From contig CAXXET010000004.1 in assembly GCA_963666115.2 (NCBI GenBank), forward strand, positions 320,001-384,000: a stretch of 64,000 nt of DNA, written 5' to 3'. The position numbers and the translations under genes are program-made. Shown here piece after piece: positions 58,659 through 64,000 of this stretch (the stretch's first letter is position 1; each line of letters begins with the position of its first letter). This DNA comes from Dehalococcoidia bacterium (GTDB taxonomy: Bacteria > Chloroflexota > Dehalococcoidia > UBA6926). The notes beneath the pieces were generated by a model. That model searched no databases. It was given only the letters and a program-made list of their open reading frames with translations, and was not told where the DNA came from.

Positions 58659-60384
58659 CAACATCATCAGACGTGGCACTCGCCGCAACTTCCGTAATCG
58701 CATTGAGCTTGTCGGTCACCTCAGGATCAATTTCGTCCTCCGGCACATATTGAGCGAGAATGTAGTAGTTGCTCTTGCGCATCAAATTGGGAAGGCCAAG
58801 CTTCTCAAAATACGCGTCAAAAATTGGCTGCAAAACGTCTTCGCTCGCTTTCAGGTCTACGTCCCAGGGAGAGCGTCGCTGAAGGGTCTGTAAAGCACTC
58901 GTCACTGATTCAATGGCCTCAGTCATCGCGTTGAGTCGTCGAGAAACCTCGGCAGATTCAAATAGCGGTCCAGGCGCATCGATTCGCGCAGTCGCTTCCG
59001 CATAACCCTCAAGGGTCGCTTGGGAGCAGAAATAATTCTCAATTTCCCGGCGTTGCCACTCAAGGATCGGAACGTTTCCTGCCTCAGGCGACCCCCTATC
59101 CAATCGATCAAACAGCGCCAAAGCTTTGAGGCCCGGCAGAGCTTCCTTGAGTCCGTTGTAGTGACTCACAGCAGACTGGACGGCATTGCCAACGTACTTG
59201 ATGAACGGCCTGCTCAAGGCGCTTTCAGCATCCCTATGTGCGAGACGCCGGGCGAAAGAGCGCAGGACTGCCAGATCTGTCGAACCTTCCAAGTACAGCA
59301 CCCAGCCAGTCTGTTCGGCTTGATAGTACTGGTCAAATCCGATGTCTTGCAGGGCCTTGCGAACCTGGCTTCCCCGGTCATCGATCCTGTGAGGCTTCCC
59401 GACAAAGGCCACGACGACATCTCGCTCAGCCGCCTCGTTCAATATGACCTCGGAATGGCTAGCGGCGATAATCTGGCTCCCACTCTCAGCAGCGACCCCG
59501 CTTATCAGTTGATAGGTCTCTCTCTGTCGAAGTATTTCAAGATGCGCGTCGGGTTCATCCAGCAAGAGAACCGCCCCAGGATTAATGTACATATAGGCTA
59601 GGAGCAGGGTCGTCTGCTGAAGGCCTCTTCCACTAGACGACATGTCCAACGTTATCCCTCGTTCGGTGTAGGACATCGAGATTTCTCCCCTCTGTTCGAT
59701 GTAACGAGGGGGATTCAGTTCTGCGCCAAAGAGAGACCGCACCTGTTCGACAAGATGGTCCCACTTATCTTTGTGGCTTGTATAAACCCGATTGCACAGG
59801 TTCCGAAGGACTTCCGCAGTACGCCCCTCACCCACCCGGACATTGATTGCCCCCAGGTCGAGACGTGTTTCAGTGGCTGCGAGCCCAGACATGGGGGGCA
59901 GGAAGGCAAACTCGACATCTTCCATCTCTTCGGGAATGGGCATGCGTTCACCATCATTCTGGCGCAAGGGTCGACAATAGAATGACTCCTCGTTGGCGTA
60001 ATCAAATTCGAGCCCGCACAGCCACTGTTTTCCTGCTGTCATACCCTCCACAATGATGTCAATGCGCACATTCTGTGTCTGGGGGCTGTTGTCTGCCCGG
60101 ACGACATCTCGCACGTGCAAGTCATTCCACAGTTGCCGGGCGTTGGGAATGGGAATCGCGACCAAGTCACGCCGGTTGACCGTAACGCCTGGGCGACGTT
60201 CAGGAGTACCCCGGCCAGTTCGACGCTCTTTCCAACGCCTGATGCCAATATCCCATAGGGCCAAGGCTTGCATCGCGGACGTCTTGCCCGAGTTGTTCGG
60301 CCCGATGAAGGCGACAGTATCCCCGAGCTCGATTTCGACCTCTTCGAATCGCTTGAAGTTCCGGATTGTGAGTTTAGTGAGCAT
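58651..60384 (-). CDS. ABC/AAA ATPase with a C-terminal TOPRIM-like domain (OLD-family-like nuclease)
   Basis: IRNFKRF, GPNNSGKT, SSGRG, LLLDEPDAHL and SHS motifs; YLEGSTD...LFDRLD...RREIENY; lower GC. Confidence 0.82.
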   Translation of the reverse strand: MLTKLTIRNFKRFEEVEIELGDTVAFIGPNNSGKTSAMQALALWDIGIRRWKERRTGRGTPERRPGVTVNRRDLVAIPIPNARQLWNDLHVRDVVRADNSPQTQNVRIDIIVEGMTAGKQWLCGLEFDYANEESFYCRPLRQNDGERMPIPEEMEDVEFAFLPPMSGLAATETRLDLGAINVRVGEGRTAEVLRNLCNRVYTSHKDKWDHLVEQVRSLFGAELNPPRYIEQRGEISMSYTERGITLDMSSSGRGLQQTTLLLAYMYINPGAVLLLDEPDAHLEILRQRETYQLISGVAAESGSQIIAASHSEVILNEAAERDVVVAFVGKPHRIDDRGSQVRKALQDIGFDQYYQAEQTGWVLYLEGSTDLAVLRSFARRLAHRDAESALSRPFIKYVGNAVQSAVSHYNGLKEALPGLKALALFDRLDRGSPEAGNVPILEWQRREIENYFCSQATLEGYAEATARIDAPGPLFESAEVSRRLNAMTEAIESVTSALQTLQRRSPWDVDLKASEDVLQPIFDAYFEKLGLPNLMRKSNYYILAQYVPEDEIDPEVTDKLNAITEVAASATSDDVAR

Positions 60385-60430
60385 GTCACTATCCTACGCT
60401 GTACTCCCTGTTCGGACTACCACACTAGCC

Positions 60431-61645
60431 CTACCCTTCTTCCTCCTCCGAGACGATGACGCCATCCGCCTTTAGCTTCTCCACCTGTTCCACGGTGTAC
60501 TGAGCGAGCCCTTGCAGGACTGTTTCGTTGTGCTGGCCGAGGTCTGGGGCGGGGTTTAGGGCTTCGATGGGGGTGCGGGAGAAGCGGAGGGGGGAGTTGA
60601 CTACGGGGATGGGGCCTACTCTTGGGTGGGGGACGTTTGTTATGGCGCCCCGATGTTGGACTTGGGGGTCTGCGAGGACCTGGTCTATTCGGTTTACTGG
60701 GCCGCAGGCTATTCCTAGGCGCCCGAAATCGCGGAGCCAGGTGGCGGCGGGTTTGGCGGCGAGAGCCTTTTCCAGTTCGGGGATCAGGTCGTTGTAATTC
60801 AGGGTGCGGTGGTAGCCGTCCACGTAGCGGATGTCATCGATCAGATCGATGCGGTCGATGGCGGCGCAGAACAGCGGCCACTGGTCGTTGACGCCGCCGA
60901 CAATCGCGACGACGATCCAGTCGTCCGCCGTCTTGAACGCCTGGAACGGGGTGAACGAGGGATGGCGCGTGCCGATGGGGCCGGGGACGTGGCCCGTCGA
61001 GACGTATCGCCCGACCGCCGCCTCAAGGATTGCCAGTTGGCATTCCAGCATGGAGACGTCGATGTACTGTCCCTGCCCGCTCCGCTCTCGCTCCTGCACG
61101 GCGGCGAGGATGGCGGTTGTGGCGAAAAGGCCGGCGATGATGTCGCCGAGCGAGCTGCCGGGGCGCATGGGGCCGCCGCCCGCCTCGCCGGTGATGCTCA
61201 TGATGCCGCCCATGGCCTGCACGATGATGTCCAGCGCGGGCCGCTGGGCGTAGGGGCCGGTCTGGCCGAAGCCGGAGATTGAGCAGTAGACGAGGCGGGG
61301 ATTCACGGCTTGCAGGTCGTCGTAGGAGAGGCCGAAATTGGCCATGGTACCGGGGACAAAGTTCTCCACGAGCACGTCGCATTCCGCGGCGATGTCCTTC
61401 AGCGCCTGCCTGCCGTCCGGGTGGGCGAGGTTCAGGCTGACGCTCTGCTTGCCGCGGTTGACGCTGACGAAGTAGTAGCTCTCGCCCTCGAAGAACGGGC
61501 CTGTGCCGCGCGAGAGATCGCCGCCCTCGGGTCGTTCGACCTTTATGACCTCCGCGCCCATGTCGGATAGAATCATAGTTGCGAACGGCCCCGCGAGGAT
61601 GCGGGTCAAATCGACGATTCGGAGACCGGCCAATGGTCCACTCAT
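60431..61645 (-). CDS. CaiB/BaiF family CoA-transferase
   Basis: GPLAGLRIVDLTRILAGP, NRGKQS, DVLVENF and ISGFGQTGP motifs. Confidence 0.93.
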   Translation of the reverse strand: MSGPLAGLRIVDLTRILAGPFATMILSDMGAEVIKVERPEGGDLSRGTGPFFEGESYYFVSVNRGKQSVSLNLAHPDGRQALKDIAAECDVLVENFVPGTMANFGLSYDDLQAVNPRLVYCSISGFGQTGPYAQRPALDIIVQAMGGIMSITGEAGGGPMRPGSSLGDIIAGLFATTAILAAVQERERSGQGQYIDVSMLECQLAILEAAVGRYVSTGHVPGPIGTRHPSFTPFQAFKTADDWIVVAIVGGVNDQWPLFCAAIDRIDLIDDIRYVDGYHRTLNYNDLIPELEKALAAKPAATWLRDFGRLGIACGPVNRIDQVLADPQVQHRGAITNVPHPRVGPIPVVNSPLRFSRTPIEALNPAPDLGQHNETVLQGLAQYTVEQVEKLKADGVIVSEEEEG

Positions 61646-61746
61646 GTGCGTATGCCTTCCATGACTAGAGTCGCGCGTCAGGGCGCATCGGGTTTCATTG
61701 TAGACGGGGGAGCGCCGCCGACGCGCTGCCACGGCGCGGGGCGGCC

Positions 61747-62538
61747 ATGATTCCCCTCTCGGACAACGTTGGCGACCGCCAGGGGACGCCGTGGCTGACC
61801 GTCACGCTGATTGCGCTGAATGCCCTCGCGTTCCTGTACACGATCATCCTCGACCCCCAGGAGCGATGGATATTCCATTTCCGGTTTGGCGTCGTGCCGC
61901 TGGAGTTCACCGACGGGGATTGGTTTGACACCCTCGTCACGCTTCCGGTGAACGCGGAGGTTGCGCCCCTCGTCCCATCATGGATGACGCTGTTCACGTC
62001 CATGTTCCTGCACGGCGGCTGGGCGCACATCCTGGGCAACATGGTGTTCCTGTGGGTGTTCGGCGACAACCTTGAGCGCCACTTCGGACGGATAGGATTC
62101 CTCGCGTTCTACCTGGCGGTAGGCGTTCTCGCCTCCGGGATGCACATCCTGTTCAACTGGGACAGCAGGATACCGGCCATCGGCGCGAGCGGGGCGATCG
62201 CGGGCGTCCTGGGCGCATACCTGCTGCTCTTCCCGCGCCGGCGCGTTCGGACACTGTTCATGGCGGGGTTCATCACGGTGATGGAGATTCCGGCGGTGTG
62301 GCTGCTGGTCATGTGGATTGTGATCCAGTTGTTCAGCGGAGTGGGCGGGCTGGTTGTGGCGGGGGCCGGGGGCGGCGTGGCGTACTGGGCACACGTGGGC
62401 GGATTCATTGCCGGGGCGGGAATCATCGCGGGATGGCGCGTGCTCAAGCGGGAACCAATCTGGCAGCCAAACAGGTTCGAGCCGACGCGCTCAACGCTGT
62501 ACCAGTACGATGATGACGATGGGGGCGCATGGAGATGA
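61747..62538 (+). CDS. rhomboid intramembrane serine protease
   Basis: SMFLHGGWAHILGNM, GASGAIAG and AHVGG motifs. Confidence 0.93.
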   Translation: MIPLSDNVGDRQGTPWLTVTLIALNALAFLYTIILDPQERWIFHFRFGVVPLEFTDGDWFDTLVTLPVNAEVAPLVPSWMTLFTSMFLHGGWAHILGNMVFLWVFGDNLERHFGRIGFLAFYLAVGVLASGMHILFNWDSRIPAIGASGAIAGVLGAYLLLFPRRRVRTLFMAGFITVMEIPAVWLLVMWIVIQLFSGVGGLVVAGAGGGVAYWAHVGGFIAGAGIIAGWRVLKREPIWQPNRFEPTRSTLYQYDDDDGGAWR

Positions 62539-62909
62539 ACGAGCACGAGCCGCAGGACACCATCGGACTGGCGCGAATGGTGTTCTATGGGCATCACGGC
62601 GCCACGGAGGAGGAGCAGGCCGTCGGCCAGCGATTTGTCGTCGACCTTGAGATGGCCTTGGACCTTTCTGCGGCAGGACATTCCGACGACCTGGCGGACA
62701 CGGCGGACTACGGGCGGGCGTTCGAGATTGTACAGGGGGTGGTGGAGGGGCCGCCGCACGCGCTGCTTGAGAGTCTTGCGGAGGAGTCAGCCCAGCGGCT
62801 GCTGGACGAACTGCCGGTTGAACGCGTACGCATCCGCGTCAGCAAGCCGTCCGCGCCGATCAGGGGGACGCTCGATGCGGCGTGGGTTTCTATCACGCGG
62901 CGGCGGTGA
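62535..62909 (+). CDS. folB: dihydroneopterin aldolase
   Basis: FYGHHG..EE..GQRFVVD, TADY, LLESLA and KPSAPI motifs. Confidence 0.93.
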   Translation: MNEHEPQDTIGLARMVFYGHHGATEEEQAVGQRFVVDLEMALDLSAAGHSDDLADTADYGRAFEIVQGVVEGPPHALLESLAEESAQRLLDELPVERVRIRVSKPSAPIRGTLDAAWVSITRRR

Positions 62910-62928
62910 CGATTGGCGTGTTGGGGCT

Positions 62929-63537
62929 TTAGAAGTTGTAGCGTTCCGAGCGCCAGGGGTCTGCGTTGTCGTTGTAGCCGTGGAGTTCCCAGAAGCCGCG
63001 CCTGTTTTCCGGCATGAGTTCCAGGGCCTTGATCCATTTGGCGCTCTTGTAGCCGTAGCGGTCAGGGACGATGAGGCGGGCGGGGCCGCCGTGTTCGGGT
63101 TGCAACGGCGCGCCATCGTGGCGATGGGCAATGAGGACATCGGGATTCAGGAGCGCCGAGAGGGGTATATTCGTCGTGTAGCCGCCGTAGCAGTGGGCCA
63201 TGACGTGGGTTGCGGTTGGACGGATGCGGGCTTCGTCAAAGAGGTCACGGACAAAGACGCCCTCCCATTGGTTGTCCAGACGGGACCAGCCTGTGACGCA
63301 GTGGAAGTCTGCGGTGACGGCATCGTTGGCGCGGGCCTGGAATTGCTGCCACGTGAGGCGGACCGGATTATCGACGTGGCCGATGACCTCGAATGTCCAC
63401 GTCGTGAGGTCTATCGGGGGGATGTTGCCGTAGGAGAGGACGGGGAATTTTTTGGTGACGGTCTGGCCGGGGGGGACGCGGTCTGCGTCCACTTCCGTTG
63501 AGCCGCCGAATACCCGCGCCCTATCGATGATGCTCAT
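62929..63537 (-). CDS. sulfite-oxidase-like molybdopterin oxidoreductase (YuiH-like)
   Basis: PPGQ, DFHCVTGWS, EHGGPARL, YKSAKW and GFWE motifs. Confidence 0.9.
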   Translation of the reverse strand: MSIIDRARVFGGSTEVDADRVPPGQTVTKKFPVLSYGNIPPIDLTTWTFEVIGHVDNPVRLTWQQFQARANDAVTADFHCVTGWSRLDNQWEGVFVRDLFDEARIRPTATHVMAHCYGGYTTNIPLSALLNPDVLIAHRHDGAPLQPEHGGPARLIVPDRYGYKSAKWIKALELMPENRRGFWELHGYNDNADPWRSERYNF

Positions 63538-63565
63538 GTGTATATCCTACATGGAGGAGGGGGAC

Positions 63566-64000
63566 ATGATGACGAATGAGGACTATGCGCATCCGGAGTA
63601 CCTGGTGGAGGCGGATTGGCTGGCTGAGCATCTGAACGATGACAACGTTGTTGTCGTGGACTGTGACGTGGACGCGGGGTATAACCGAGGGCATATCCCT
63701 GGGGCTGTTTTGATCCCGGACAACTTCGTGAAGGACCCTGAGACGAATCGCACCTTGATGATGACGCCCGCGCAGTTTGCGGCCATGTGCGAGGGGCTGG
63801 GGATTGGGAATGACACGTCGGTGATCTGCTACGACAACGGGCGGAGCGTGACGGCGGCGCGGCTGTGGTGGGTTCTGAACACGTACGGGCACCGTGACGT
63901 GAAGGTGCTGAACGGCGGGTGGCGCGGCTGGGTTGCTGGCGGCCACACGATCAGTTTCCAGCGTCCGACTCCTACAGAGGGCGTGACGTTCACCCCTGCC
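63566..64000 (+). CDS. rhodanese-family sulfurtransferase, truncated by the window end
   Basis: LVEADWL, GHIPGA, AARLWWVL and VLNGG motifs; GGAGG RBS. Confidence 0.9.
   Translation, partial: MMTNEDYAHPEYLVEADWLAEHLNDDNVVVVDCDVDAGYNRGHIPGAVLIPDNFVKDPETNRTLMMTPAQFAAMCEGLGIGNDTSVICYDNGRSVTAARLWWVLNTYGHRDVKVLNGGWRGWVAGGHTISFQRPTPTEGVTFTPA

Noticed and set aside
57953-60400. Prophage or integrative element at tRNA-Arg
   Set aside because: No integrase, phage genes or duplicated tRNA 3' end were seen.

Overview
This is a GC-rich bacterial chromosome segment. Gene content, a Gram-positive-type LexA box, leaderless promoters and an unlinked 23S rRNA gene suggest Chloroflexota (Dehalococcoidia/SAR202-like); this taxonomy is an inference. 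It is mostly housekeeping: dnaE, mutS/mutL, tag, queA, folD, acpS, nnr, coaX, coaBC, valS, hpt, folB, 23S rRNA, tRNA-fMet and tRNA-Arg(UCU). It also carries catabolic enzymes, transporters and several small accessory islets. Main observations: (1) a DUF427 gene with an in-frame UGA at the conserved Cys and a SECIS-like hairpin 11 nt downstream, i.e. a candidate selenoprotein split by the ORF track; (2) about 25 short hairpin repeats in four families, all in the same orientation, several domesticated inside proteins or supplying stop codons, with no mobiliser in the window; (3) a eukaryote-type sterol C24-methyltransferase; (4) an RHH-regulator gene with a perfect operator palindrome, followed by an unannotated 36-aa Gly-rich peptide that converges on an SOS-boxed radical SAM gene; (5) a solitary 23S rRNA gene; (6) several broken genes (NuoG/FdhA-like, an ABC ATPase lacking Walker A, a VapC relic, an M50 fragment). 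All family assignments are by eye from motifs; no database searches were run.
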